A stretch of 63,806 bases of DNA, filler included, from Welwitschia mirabilis (lineage: Eukaryota), in NCBI GenBank assembly GCA_051453625.1. It is 8 parts of one record of this genome, joined end to end, with 100 filler letters (N's around TTAATTAATTAA, not from the genome) between each part and the next. Parts side by side here need not be neighbours in the genome. Positions count along the whole stretch, not along the records: positions 1 to 10,100 come from JBOZIK010000001.1; positions 10,201 to 30,110 come from JBOZIK010000001.1; 6 more parts are not named here. One strand, 5' to 3'. A program made the translations under genes and the position numbers. Below, in pieces: positions 1 through 13,200 of this stretch (within the stretch, counting starts at the first letter, position 1; every line of letters starts with the position of its first letter). Under the pieces are notes generated by a model. The model saw only the letters and a list, made by a program, of their open reading frames with translations. It ran no database searches and was not told where the DNA came from.

Positions 1-161
1 ATGAGGATTTCTTTTATGTGTCTAATGCAGGAGTCAATCCATCTCAGATATGAAAGAATCTCATCAGGAGATACTTCTTTTAGAGTTTCAGAGGGAGATT
101 TCTTGGAGGAGGCAAAGATATGCATGTGAGACAAGGTTGCACATCCAATGGGTGACATCGG

Positions 162-940
162 CTAAAGGGATTCCAACTTAGGATGAAAAGTAACTCCGAA
201 ATGGCAATAAATATTGGTGATAAGCATAGAGTAGGATAAAGCTCTAGTTCTGTGGTACTTCAACTGTGAGGCCATATTCTTTAGTATTATAACATGAGAA
301 TTAATGGAATGCTCAATTCCTACCAAATACATCAAATAGGTTTGATAGCAGGAGGTTCCATCACGATAGCCAGCTAAAGGTAAAAAGTTATAAGTGAAAA
401 TCAAATGAAGAAGCGATATTTGGAAGTTANNNNNNNNNNNNNNNNNNNNNNNNNNNNNNNNNNNNNNNNNNNNNNNNNNNNNNNNNNNNNNNNNNNNNNN
501 NNNNNNNNNNNNNNNNNNNNNNNNNNNNNTAGCTAAAGGTAAAAAGTTATAGGTGAAAATCAAATGAAGAAAGGGATATTTGGAAGTTAATAAAGAGGTA
601 GACAAATTGTACTTCTAAGTGTGCACCCTATCACAAAGCTCTCTGGTAACCACAGGTTTGTCTTCCATGGTGTCTCTAAGAGGCCAAAACTCCTCGTAGT
701 ATCCCCTTGGAAGATTAGTCAGTTAAGAGATAAGATTTACCATCACTCTTATCCTTTTACCCAAAATAAGGGTTTCAATAGTTTTGGAATCACAATCAAA
801 AGAGACATTACAGTGAAACATCCTAGTAAGAAATGGATAAGCCAAATCTAAAACATCTAAAAAGTGATCAAGAGCTTAACCTCTCACAAGCTGGATTACT
901 TCTCTGAGTTCCTTGAGCTCGGATGTAGCTATAGATTACT
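162..940 (-). pseudogene. Extra ORF of the Sirevirus-type element; Transposase_32 / 'putative plant transposon protein' (env-like) domain, with stops and an N gap
   Basis: The minus-strand translation gives LAYPFLTRMFHCN...LILGKRIRVMVNLIS*LTNLP...LLHLIFTYNFLPLAG...YLMYLV...INSHVIILKNM...ALSYSMLITNIYCHFGV. This follows the YPxLVxxFYxN / LLHxIxxxxLP / LPYGxLITxI pattern of plant retrotransposon extra ORFs. It is on the same strand as, and downstream of, the gag. Confidence 0.65.
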
Positions 941-3769
941 CTTNNNNNNNNNNNNNNNNNNNNNNNNNNNNNNNNNNNNNNNNNNNNNNNNNNNNNNNNN
1001 NNNNNNNNNNNNNNNNNNNNNNNNNNNNNNNNNNNNNNNNNNNNNNNNNNNNNNNNNNNNNNNNNNNNNNNNNNNNNNNNNNNNNNNNNNNNNNNNNNNN
1101 NNNNNNNNNNNNNNNNNNNNNNNNNNNNNNNNNNNNNNNNNNNNNNNNNNNNNNNNNNNNNNNNNNNNNNNNNNGAACATAATGAAATCAAGTTAGAATT
1201 CTATCTCTTTTATAGACTGAAGGCAATAGGGCAAAATGAAGAAAGAAATTGGATCCATCGACTATATTTCTGCATTGTAATCCATCAAGTTTAGTCAACC
1301 ACTTGAGGTTCTAGTTGACCCGTCGAGACATGGGTCTATAATACTAGAAGGGATCTGGGCAACCAGGCTAATAGGTCAGTCAACTGGTCACATCCAGTCA
1401 ACCAAATCATAGATCTAATTTACCGCCCTGTAATTAGCTAAGGGATGGTGACTAAACTTCCAAATCATTTTCATGATTAAGCGATTGATTATAGACACTG
1501 GGTGTTTCATTAGAATTTAAAAAATAATATTTAGTTTCATCAAAATTCCTCTTAATATTGTGATTTGCATAGAACATTTGATCAATATCNNNNNNNNNNN
1601 NNNNNNNNNNNNNNNNNNNNNNNNNNNNNNNNNNNNNNNNNNNNNNNNNNNNNNNNNNNNNNNNNNNNNNNNNNNNNNNNNNNNNNNNNNNNNNNNNNNN
1701 NNNNNNNNNNNNNNNNNNNNNNNNNNNNNNNNNNNNNNNNNNNNNNNNNNNNNNNNNNNNNNNNNNNNNNNNNNNNNNNTTGATGAATCCAGTGCCTTCT
1801 ATTTGTGTTGTTTCTTTATTTTCAAAGATGACTTCTCCTCCACTTATGCTCTTCAAGTTTTAAAAGCTTCATTTTTCTCTTAAAATATGCCTTAAAAAAC
1901 CACTATCTAGATACCAATTGTTCATATGTGGTCATTTGAAAGCTATATATGTTAAAAAACTTTGAAGATTATTAGCTTTAATCCACTTAGTCTTATTTGA
2001 CTTAGGTGGTACATTTTTCTTAGGAATAAACTTAAAGAGCAATGTGTTTACATTTTTAAAGCAAAGCATTAACTATCTAATTTTGCAAAAAGGTTTTGAA
2101 TGACCAACCTTACCATAAAAATTACACAAAAGATTAGGCACGTACTTACTTATCTGGTTTACCTATTTTTGTAATTTTAATATACTAGAGCCAATACTTG
2201 ATTTGTCTCCTGTGGGCTTTCATACTCCAAGCATCTGTTCCAATCTAGAAGAGCTACCAATAAATTTATTTATAAAAAAAAAAAAGGATCTTTTACCTGA
2301 GAAATTAGCTTGACATTGTCAGATTTGAACATATTATATTTCTCTTCCAATTCCTCCTTTTCTTTGGTAATAGATTTTACAGTTCTGTTTAATTCATTTA
2401 TTCTCTTGGCTAGCTTTTTACATTCCTCTTATAGCTTTTAACATGTTTCTTCTAGCTCATATTCTTTTTCATTTATCATATCCAAATCATTGGGCATTGA
2501 TGTGCTAGGAACATCCTTAAGAGTTGGCACAAAAGCCATGAATGAAAACTTTCTTTCTCTATATAATTCATGATCTGAATAGTTTTCCTCATCTTCATTA
2601 TCTCATATAGCCATGAATGAGGGATTCCTTGACTTTCTGTTATCTCTCATTATGTTGAGGCACTTATTTGCCATATATACAAATTCTTTACATCAGTAGC
2701 ATTGGATTTCTTTCCCCTTTTCTTGCTCTCTTCTTTGTTTTGAATTATTTCCCTTTGTATTCCTACTCAGTTCACCTTCCTTTTTCTTTCTATAAAGAAA
2801 TTTTTTGAATCTTCTGGCTAGAAAAGATACTTCATCATCATCAAATTCCTCATTTGATCTGTTAGATTTATAGTCTTCCTGCACATATTTTAAAGCAAAC
2901 CTTTTCTTTTATCTTTAACAAATTTAAGCTCATAGATTTGCAAATTACCTTGAAGTTCTTTCAATGCCATTTCATTAATGTTCTTGCTCTCTTTGATGGC
3001 TGTCACCTTTAGTTTAAATCTCTTGGGTAGGGAACTTAAGACTTTTATTATCACTTTTTTTTCCTCCATGCATTTTCTGAGGCTTGCCATTGATTTTATG
3101 ATATTTGTAAGTCTAGCAAAAAATTATTACAAAGTTTCTTCTTCATCCATATGAATATCTTCAAATTTAGAAATGAGTATCTGGAGTTTAGCTTATTTAA
3201 CAGTTGAGATTCCCTTGTGTGCTGCTTCAAGAATGTCCCAAGCTTCCTTATCATGGTTATAGTTTACTATTCGTTTGAATTCATCTACACACACTATACA
3301 AAAAATTGCATTAAGAGCACNNNNNNNNNNNNNNNNNNNNNNNNNNNNNNNNNNNNNNNNNNNNNNNNNNNNNNNNNNNNNNNNNNNNNNNNNNNNNNNN
3401 NNNNNNNNNNNNNNNNNNNNNNNNNNNNNNNNNNNNNNNNNNNNNNNNNNNNNNNNNNNNNNNNNNNNNNNNNNNNNNNNNNNNNNNNNNNNNNNNNNNN
3501 NNNNNNNNNNNNNNNNNNNNNNNNNNNNNNNNNNNNNNNNNNNNNNNNNNNNNNNNNNNNNNNNNNNNNNNNNNNNNNNNNNNNNNNNNNNNNNNNNNNN
3601 NNNNNNNNNNNNNNNNNNNNNNNNNNNNNNNNNNNNNNNNNNNNNNNNNNNNNNNNNNNNNNNNNNNNNNNNNNNNNNNNNNNNNNNNNNNNNNNNNNNN
3701 NNNNNNNNNNNNNNNNNNNNNNNNNNNNNNNNNNNNNNNNNNNNNNNNNNNNNNNNNNNNNNNNNNNAT

Positions 3770-5016
3770 AAGATACTGAAAGTAAAGAATCAAAACCAAA
3801 AGCACAAACTACCAATTTGATACAATCCAGATTTATAGTGGTTTAGAAAACTCTGCTACTCCACTCTCAGTGATCAGCTTATTCCAAGCTAGATCTCAGA
3901 TCTCTGTTACTCCATTAGTTATTCCAGGTTCACTTGTAATTGTTACAAACAGACTTTTCAAGGCTTAGTCTTAACCTATAACATAGACTTTTCAAGGCTT
4001 AGTATCAACGTATAACATAGACTTTTTAAGATTAAGTCTTAACCTATAGAAAACAATGATAGTGAATTAGTGATGCCTTAATAAGACAAATATCACTCGT
4101 TCTAAAAACATTATAATAGATAGAGCTATCCTCCTATAGAAATATACCAATGTAGCTCTAGATTTGACTAGGAAAGAAGTATATTTCCCAAAGGTAGATC
4201 ACCTCCTATGAGTAATATGGAATCTAAGATATAATAATGTTAATGCACAACTTGATTTTTTAGATCCAAAATGATTTAGCTGAGTGATAATGGTTCCAAA
4301 ATCTATTTGGATCATCTATAGCTTAGCTATTTATAATGAAAGGCTATTAGGGGTTATTACATTTAAATTGTACCTTCAACGGCTATAAATGCCTAGAAAA
4401 TAGCTACCTAATAGCTAAATAATGGATACATAATGTTTATAAAAATTTCTTTTCCATGCCCTCTGGTCAACCCCATAAAAATCTAGTCAACCCCATGTGG
4501 TGCCGTGAATTACACAGGTCACCCAAGAAAAAGATTCAGTCACCTCAGGTTTTTATGTTCCATGTCTGGTTGACCCCATCTGGGTCCGGTCGTCCTCAAT
4601 CCAATTGACCCCTTCTTAGGTCTGATCGATCCATTAACTCTCAGTCTGGGAATACTATCTATCAGATCCTCAAATCTAGTCAACCCCATAAAAAATTGGT
4701 CGACCCCTTACCATTTGATTTAGAAACTCTAGTTCTCTAAGTTACAGGTCTGGTTGATCCAAATAGAATCCGGTCGATTCCTCTAGAAGTAGTTTATTTT
4801 CCTTTAATAGCTTTAGATGCAGTTGACCCCTTTAGGATCCGATCGACCCCTCTGGAGGTTGATATAAGTAGATAGGCTTCTGGTGCATATTTTTGTTTCA
4901 TCTTTAACTTACAAAAAACTTAATATTTTCTACACAAAATATATAACATTGGTTATACAAAAGATATAAGTTTGACATCAATTGGTAAAACATAATCCAA
5001 TACTTACTTCTTTAAC
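3770..5016 (-). repeat. 5' LTR of the Sirevirus-type element with clustered palindromic repeat motifs
   Basis: About 13 degenerate copies of YGGTCGACCCC at 4460-4850; CAACGGCTA motif at about 4377; minus-strand TATA (plus-strand gctatttata) at about 4327; GATTTATAGTGGTT motif near the internal end. The PBS is presumably inside the gap 3321-3768. Boundaries are approximate. Confidence 0.65.
3949..4048. repeat. About 34-bp tandem repeat x3 inside the LTR
   Basis: The unit acatagacttttcaaggcttagt(c/a)tYaacStata is visible three times. Confidence 0.8.
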
Positions 5017-6439
5017 TGTGGTCGCACTCCCTTCATCATGGATAGTTAGATAATAAAATAATAATAATGTAGAGGCTATGGAATCAATGGTATTCCTAGT
5101 ATTATTAGAGGCATTGCTTGTTTCTTAGACTCTTCGTCTTTCCATATGATCATTTCATTTCTCAGGATTCAAGTGTTTGCTTTGAGAGTTAGATAAGTAA
5201 GTTTATTTTTGAATAACTCTTTGATCTTATCATTTATTGATTAAAGCATTTAATTTTTAACNNNNNNNNNNNNNNNNNNNNNNNNNNNNNNNNNNNNNNN
5301 NNNNNNNNNNNNNNNNNNNNNNNNNNNNNNNNNNNNNNNNNNNNNNNNNNNNNNNNNNNNNAGAGTTAGATAAGTAAGTTTATTTTTGAATAACTCTTTG
5401 ATCTTATCATTTATTGATTAAAGCATTTAATTTTTAACATCATCATAACCACTACCTTACTAAATAGAACTATTATACATGCATTTTTAAATTAAGTAAT
5501 GTTATGATTTCTTTCATGGGAGTCTGCTAGTTTAAAATTTAAGGTAGGTAGGCCATCTTCTATATGTTGCCTTATGTCCATTCTTTTTATTTTCTTTCAT
5601 GGTCTAGGTAGTTTTTTCAAAGCCATTTTCGTATTTTTTTAATCATTTTAAGACCTTCACATTAAATGGTTTCCATGTTTAGTTTTCATTTCTTACTTAG
5701 ATGAGTTTTCATAACACCTTTGTGATCATTATTTTTAGTATTTTCGAGTTCTACATGGCATTTAATCTTTTTTTTAATGGCACATTTATTGGGAATTCAT
5801 GGATCTGATTCATCCTAATTAGTACATTTTCACTAACTACTATTTCATGCTTGTCAAAATATTTCATACATCTCTATTTTTCAAATCTGACATTTTCATA
5901 CTCAGCTTTGCACTTGATTCAGAGATTTTTCCAAATTCAAAAACATCCATCATCCACTTTCTCACCTCCTCTACTTTCTTTATTTTATTAACCAATATAG
6001 GACGTATTATTAGAGGCATTGCTTGTTTTCTAGACTCTTCGTCTTTCCACATGATCATTTCATTTCTCAGGATTCAAGTGTTTGCTTTAAGAGTTAGATA
6101 AGTAAGTTTATTTTTGAATAACTCTTTGATCTTATCATTTATTGATTAAAGCATTTAATTTTTAACNNNNNNNNNNNNNNNNNNNNNNNNNNNNNNNNNN
6201 NNNNNNNNNNNNNNNNNNNNNNNNNNNNNNNNNNNNNNNNNNNNNNNNNNNNNNNNNNNNNNNNNNTTCAGAGATTTTTCCAAATTCAAAAACATCCATC
6301 ATCCACTTTCTCACCTCCTCTGCTTTCTTTATTTTATTAACCAATATAGGATGTATTATTTTTTCTCAGGGGGAGGGAAGGGAGGTAAGATTTATTTTCA
6401 TGGCTTATTTTCACAATTTTTAATTATTTTAGAGCTTCA

Positions 6440-7560
6440 AACTTTCATTCCATACACATGATCCTTTACATGTTATTTGCTATGTGATGTGTCTAAGACT
6501 ATTTATGAGCCTGTTTTATAATTTTTAGGTTGATTTTTTAAGACAATTTGGCTTGCAATTGTAGTTGTTCATCTGGTTTTTGTCAGGAATTGATAAAGGC
6601 TAACTGGGAGGCTATGATGCACTACCAAGTTGTGTGTATTTGATGGGGTATTATGAGCTATTTTGGAGGACATTTACAAGGTTCAGATGTAAATTTGAGG
6701 ATTATGAAGAATTGATGGCAGATCTTAGATATGTGCAATTCTTGGCATGATTAAAGACATTTATGGCACATTCTGATACACATGGATTTAGAGGAAGATC
6801 ATTGATGAAAAAGGCTAACCTCTCCTAAGTTAGAAGGATAAAGGAGATTATCATCCCCTATGTCATCTCCACAAGAGGTAAAACGATAACATATTAGATG
6901 CTTGTGTGGATTAGAGCTATCACTATTGAGTCACTGCTAGGTCATCTTTTATAAAGGGTTGTCATTGCCATGGTCATCCCCATGACATGTAGAATAATAA
7001 TTACAACATTTAATGCATCATCCCCTTTGTCATTCTCATAATAGATGGGATGAAATTTTAATTGTCAGCTGACATTTATTCATTTCATCCATTTCTTTTT
7101 TGTTATTCAGCATGTTTTATAGCACCTTTTGTGTGTCAGTTTTACTTTGTAACCCTATAAATAAGACCCCTTTTCAACTCTCTTGGGAATCTTCATTTGC
7201 ACCAAACATTCTCAGGATAGGAGATCGAAGGGTTAGAGATCCATCTAATGAGCTGCAGAAAGACGTTTCCTTGGTAAAGGGCTATGCATCCTCCATTGAG
7301 GATTGACTATTTTGTAATCCATATGTTGATTCTTTCTTAATACAAAACTCTATTTTTATTATACATCTTAATTTCATCATATTTTTCTTATGGTTTATGT
7401 TGCCCTTGATCTGGTGACAGTTTCATTGGTGATATAGGTCTTAAGAGTATCCTTTATGAAGGCTAAAAGGAAATAGATTAATTTTGCATTGCATTTAAAT
7501 TTAATTGCATTCACATTTGCATCGCATCTTTATTTCCTACATTATTCTTCATTTTTAGTT
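6440..7560 (+). mobile_element. LTR-like dispersed repeat (probable Ty3/gypsy LTR); inverted homologue at about 61200-62147
   Basis: TATA-like ctataaata at about 7155. The segment tatgttgcccttgatctggtgaca (about 7396-7419) is reverse-complemented at about 61345-61368, with further collinear matches (7250-7300 to 61470-61525; 6575-6670 to 62050-62145). Confidence 0.6.
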
Positions 7561-7599
7561 ATCATACAATTCTGGAAAATCCATCCTTATTCTTCTCTT

Positions 7600-8400
7600 G
7601 TAAGTATTCAATGAGATATGACATTTGGATCAATTCCTTTCATATTAGAGTATATATGCAAAAATACGCACTGGAATAAAAATCTTAGTCTAACCTTTGT
7701 AATTTTGGTGGTATTTCTAATTCTTGACACTGATTTATATAAAATTGAAAAATATTAAAGCCAATATCAATATTCCTCCTTAAGGGGTCTATGATGGCAT
7801 CCATTAAGTATACTGTTAGTATACTCATACCCTTTTGGTTATTAATAATTGGGGATAGGTTATAGAATACCATTTTAGAAATGATAAATGCTTTAGGATC
7901 CCTTACTTTATTAATATCAACTCATTCCTTTTTATTAGTGATACTTTGAAAATGTTTCAGACATAAGCTGGTATCCTCATTTTTATGTGATTTTGATAGT
8001 ATTCTTTCACTAAATGGTACACCAAGAATCATCCTTATTTCATTTAGTGAAATCTAAATCAGCACATTATTAACTAATGAGTATAATGTTAGTGANNNNN
8101 NNNNNNNNNNNNNNNNNNNNNNNNNNNNNNNNNNNNNNNNNNNNNNNNNNNNNNNNNNNNNNNNNNNNNNNNNNNNNNNNNNNNNNNNNNNNNNNATTTC
8201 ATCTAGTGAAATCTAAATCAGCACATTATTAACTAATGAGTATAATGTTAGTGATTCCTTTGATAACATCATGTTTCTATAAAAAGAGTATACTTATTCA
8301 TTATTGCATTTTTCCAAAAATGTTAATAGTTATACTAGTTGAGTTCAATTATTTGTTGTCTGAGTCTAGTGAAACAAGGATCTTTAAAAAGTTTTTCAAA
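7600..8400 (-). pseudogene. Degenerate Transposase_32-like retrotransposon accessory ORF
   Basis: Minus-strand translation VYSFYRNMM...YSLVNNVLI*ISLNEIRMILGVP...KMVFYNLSP...YLMDAIIDP...IDIGFNIF fits the xFYxN / SxVxGxxI / IxxILGxP / NLxP pattern. Partly duplicated across the 100-N gaps. Confidence 0.5.
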
Positions 8401-9359
8401 ATTTGAACTAGGGATAATTTTAATTTCTGCAAAAAACATGTTATGGTTTAGCTTTGGAATTCAATTTCTTTCTTATATAAAATGCTCATACAAGAAGTGT
8501 CATTAAAATCCAAGTACTCACCTAGTATCTTATTGAAAAAAATAGAACGCATTTTAAGAAAGTAAAAGCTTTTAACTGTGTAAAGAAATATTATTAATCT
8601 AAATAGTTTAAGCTAAATAACATTTTTACCTATGAAAGAAACAATAGATGAAGTTTCCATGATGTTNNNNNNNNNNNNNNNNNNNNNNNNNNNNNNNNNN
8701 NNNNNNNNNNNNNNNNNNNNNNNNNNNNNNNNNNNNNNNNNNNNNNNNNNNNNNNNNNNNNNNNNNACATCATGTTTCTATAAAAAGAGTATACTTATTC
8801 ATTATTGCATTTTTCCAAAAATGTTAATGGTTATACTAGTTGAGTTCAATTATTTGTTGTCTGAGTCTAGTGAAATGAGGATCTTTAAAAAGTTTTTTAA
8901 AATTTGAACTAGGGATAATTTTAATTTCTGTAAAAAACTTATTATGGTTTAGCTTTGAAATTCAATTTCTTTCTTATATAAAATGCTCATATAAGAAGTG
9001 TCATTAAAATCCAAGTACTCACCTAGTATCTTATTGAAAAAAATAGAATGCATTTTAAGAAAGTAAAAGCTTTTAACTGTGTAAAGAAATATTATTAATC
9101 TAAATAGTTTAAGCTAAATAACATTTTTACCTATGAAAGAAACAACAGATGAAGTTTCCATGATGTTTTCATATGTAATTAGAAGATAATAAAACAAATT
9201 GTGCACTAAAAACAAACTTAAAATAAACAATTTACTTATCACGACATTCTATTTATAGAAATTTATAGCTCCCTATCATGTGTTGGAGTTTGACTTGCTG
9301 CATTTTCTGATAAAGGGGTGGTCAAAGTCATCAAATGAGGTATCAACAAAATATACTAT

Positions 9360-10070
9360 AGCAGGGCTCAAAGAGGGTCTTCAACTATTCAAAGAGTCCT
9401 TTAAGTAAAAATTACAACTTCAAAGATAATCTTAAAGTAATAAAGGTTATTTGAAGGAGTCTTTCAAGTATGAATTATCTCTTCAAAAGAATTTTCTAAC
9501 AAACACTAAGCCCAAATGGGGTTTTTAAGCAATGAAGGGTTGCTCAAACTAGTATTTTGAGGAGTTATTGACAAAGTTCTATTAATAATTTAATATGACC
9601 ATAATTCATCCTTTGACTCTTATATATGGACACCAAAATTGAATGGAAAAGGCAATATTTAATCAGAAATCCAAAACTTGTCAAATCAGTGAGGCTGACA
9701 TATAAAAGGAGGCTTTTAAGATCTCAAAGAGATCTGAGGAATGGGCAATAAATCAAGAGAAAGACAAAGCCAACTCATTATTTAATTCATTCCCACTATG
9801 CTTGAGGTAGAACTCAAAGGGGATCTTTAAAAATGAAGGTTATTCAAAGGGGATCTTTGAGCTAATGCCAAGAGTAAAAAGGGAATAACAAACAAACAAA
9901 GGCTCAAGATGTTTTTAAAGACACCGTTGAAGGGGATTAGCCATCTGTTGAAGGGGTTTTCGACAGATGATGTGTAGCTTCGACACATCATCAAAAATAG
10001 ATTCTCTAGATTGCTTCAAGATTCAAAGGGGGTCTTTAAGTAATGAAGGTTACTCAAAAAGGATTCTCTA
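9360..10070. repeat. Dispersed degenerate ~28-bp motif (tcaaagggggtctttaagtaatgaaggttat)
   Basis: Recognisable copies at about 9368, 9420, 9510, 9814, 9843 and 10023. Confidence 0.5.
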
Positions 10071-10100
10071 AATTAATAAAGCCTACAAGGAATAAAGTCA

Positions 10101-10200
10101 NNNNNNNNNNNNNNNNNNNNNNNNNNNNNNNNNNNNNNNNNNNNTTAATTAATTAANNNNNNNNNNNNNNNNNNNNNNNNNNNNNNNNNNNNNNNNNNNN
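10101..10200. other. Scaffolding linker gap (44 N + TTAATTAATTAA + 44 N); also at 30111, 40655, 45862, 54791, 56690 and 62148
   Basis: An identical 12-mer with stops in all six frames is centred in 100-bp gaps; this is an assembly artefact. Confidence 0.95.
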
Positions 10201-13200
10201 AGATCCATTTTCTTGCTCTAATATGCCTATTTATAGATGCAGTGATAGAGAGTTTGTTATTCGTTCTTTTGCACCACCTATCTAGTTGTTATAGCCACTT
10301 TCCCTTTCTGTAGGATAGCTTCACTTAACTGACATGCATCACAAATTTAGATGATAATAATCTATAATGTATTATAATAATGTCATAATATATTACTCAA
10401 CATATTCTTCATTAATTTAGTAAGAACACAGCATAAATGTACATCCATTTCTAGGTCATCACTTATTTATAGATAACCTTATCTAAGTTCTATATTTTAC
10501 GTACACATTTTTTTAATAGAATTTAATTTTGAACGAGAGGAGGAGTAGTATAATACTCAAAAGCCAAGTGTTTAAGAGCTTGGTGAGGAAGTTGCTAGCA
10601 TGCAATGTGAAACTCACATCATTTTCTCTTTGTTGTTATGTAACTAGTTACTTCAGTGGGGGTTTGTAAATAATCCCAAATCAATCATCCTCTACTATAT
10701 CTAATGGTGGTGATGTAAAAAAAACAAAAGGTGAAAATGGCTTTAGACTTCATGCATATACAAAATGCAAAAGAGACAAATGAGAACAGTAATAATTTAG
10801 AGGAAATTTTTCAAATGACAAACGTGTGATCATAAACTTGGAATTTCGTTAAAATATTTTTGTAAAAATGGTAAACACATTTGAATAACTATATATGATA
10901 AGAACTTTTACTTAAAAATTCCTTTTACCTCTGCCTTAAATAACTAGATATAGAAAGAAGGTTTATGAGGCTAAAGATGTGGAATCTAGGATTTTAGAAG
11001 TGTCGAGATCAGTAGGGGTGGTTTTGATCTGGGAGCTGTAGCACACAGGGGGGCAGTGTTGGCTAGGTTTTAGACACTCAAGAAGTTTTATTCTTACTTT
11101 AAAGTTGCTTCAAAGTAGATTCTAAGGTGGGGCTTTAGCCATTAATATGAAGATAACATAGTTCTATAGGGAAAGGAAAACCCCCTTTTTGGACATAGAT
11201 GAAGATGCGTGTCTAGAAATAGAGAAGAAAATTCAATATAGCTTGAGAGATAAATTCATTTCATTAGGCCCTAGGCCTAGATTAGATCTCATCAGGGAAT
11301 GAATAGCCACCAAGTGGAGTTAGTAAAGTATGGGTTATTACCCTGCTAGAAGGCTTGGTCCTTTTTCATCTTAATAATGAACATGAAAGAAACAAAGATA
11401 TTACTAGAGGATTATGGTTCTTTAGAATAAGAAGACAAGAACTAGCTAAATGAACATAAGGATGCAAGTGGACCTGCATTTGTTTAAGAAATTACCCATT
11501 TGGATTTGAATACATAGATTCCTCCTTGAGTTCTAAGATGAAGATCTTCTAAAGAGAATCACTTCTCAATTTGAAAAACTAATTAAACTAAATAGTATTG
11601 CCATTAAACAAAATAGACTATTTCTAGTAAGATTTTGCATCTATCTTAGCCTTGAAGAAACCAAAGGGATTCAACCTATTAAGTTTAGTCCAAATGAGGA
11701 ATGTACAAGTTAGAAATTACCTACAAGAACCTCCTAGATGTGAGACATGTGAAAAGATTAAATACAAATCAAGGAAATATGTTAGAATAGAAAAAAATGC
11801 ATATACTATGGGAAAAAAGGCCATGAAAAGGATGAATGTAGGAAGAGATAAAGAGAAATTGATCATGAGCGGAAAGAAACTTACTCCTTCTATGGAAAAT
11901 CAGAACACAGACAAAGTGAGTGTTGGCATAAATAGAAAAGAGAGAAAATGGTCAAGAATACAATAACATATCCTAAGTAAAATAAAGACAAAGAAAACTA
12001 TAAGGACAATCCATTCTAGCACCTATCAGAAGAGGAGGGAGACATCCCCTAATTTAAGAAATAAGTAAACAAAGATGAGTTAAATGATGTTGAAACTCAC
12101 ACAAAATGTAGATCCAGTAATAGAGTGTTATGAAATAGGAAAATGGTAGAAAATATGGCAAATAGTTCCCAGGCAACAATCAAAGAAAAAACATCAAGGG
12201 GCACCCAAAAAGTAATAAAAATAGACCTAACGGAGTGCCTCTTTTGGAACTATAGGGGTTTAGGGTCCTCCTATAAAAAGAAGACTTTAAGAGATCTAAT
12301 TAGGAAGTATAACATAAATTTAGTTTGCTAACAAGAGATGAAGATATACAATAACATGATATTAGGTAATTTCTAGTAGCAATGGAATAAATTTACCTTG
12401 GCAGCACAAGGAAACTCAAAGAAATGATCACACTCATGAAAAAGTAGTCAAATTTAATCTATAGTAGGAAATACCATTTAACAATCTACCTCAAAGAAAA
12501 AGGATAGTCTATTACAAACATGTATATTTCACAAAACAACAAAAGAATCAATGCTACTATAACTACAGAGCTTAGTTATAAATAAAGCTAAATAACTAGT
12601 TATGAGGGATTTTAACCAATGCCTTCATAGATGGGAAAAAAATAGTGGGCGAAAACTAGAACAGCAAGGGAGCTGAGATCCTTAGAGACTTCATGGTGCA
12701 AGGGGATCTTTTAGATATTCTAATCATAAGACATAAATTCACATGATCTAATAGAAGAACTAGAGGTAATCAATTTATGTCCAGAATTGACATAATTCTG
12801 ACCAAGAAAGAAATAACTAAGATGACTGTTAAAGCATGGGGCCTAAACAGAATAGCTTATGATCATAGATCAATCAGATTCAGAATTGATATGGTAATAC
12901 CCCTTAGATCCCCCTTTAAAATGGATAGATCTTGGCTCTTAAGGGAAGAAACTAAGAGGGTATTTAAAAAGATTTGGGATCAATATGATGGTACCCTATC
13001 AATTACCTTTTTATAGATGGGTTTAAACACTCTCAAGACTTAAGGGATGGAGATAGAAGGAGAGAGAAAGGTTAAATTTAATAAGAAGCTAGAGTAAGAA
13101 TTAAGGGAGATTCAAGTAGAGTAGAAACGTGGAGTAGACCAGGATAGTATTCGCACAAAGCAATATACATGCCTTTTAAAATTACAAGAAATAAACTTAG

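Larger units (their letters stand above)
1..5016 (-). mobile_element. Degenerate Ty1/copia LTR retrotransposon, SIRE/Sirevirus-type (LTR, gag, protease, extra ORF; INT/RT not visible)
   Basis: gag (UBN2-like) KVLSSLPKRFKLKVTAIKESKNINEMALKELQGNLQIYE at 2890-3090; zinc knuckle IQCY*CKEF near 2670-2710; protease NWYLDSG near 1900-1920 followed by GGEVIFENK; LTR-like region about 3770-5016. Confidence 0.8.

Noticed and set aside
4460-4850. CRISPR-like array of short palindromic repeats (also 54891-55070)
   Set aside because: Eukaryotic LTR context, short degenerate motifs, irregular spacing and no cas genes; these are Sirevirus LTR motifs.
10145-10156. Recurrent TTAATTAATTAA palindrome (7 copies)
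   Set aside because: Always centred in 100-bp N gaps; it is a scaffolding linker, not biological.
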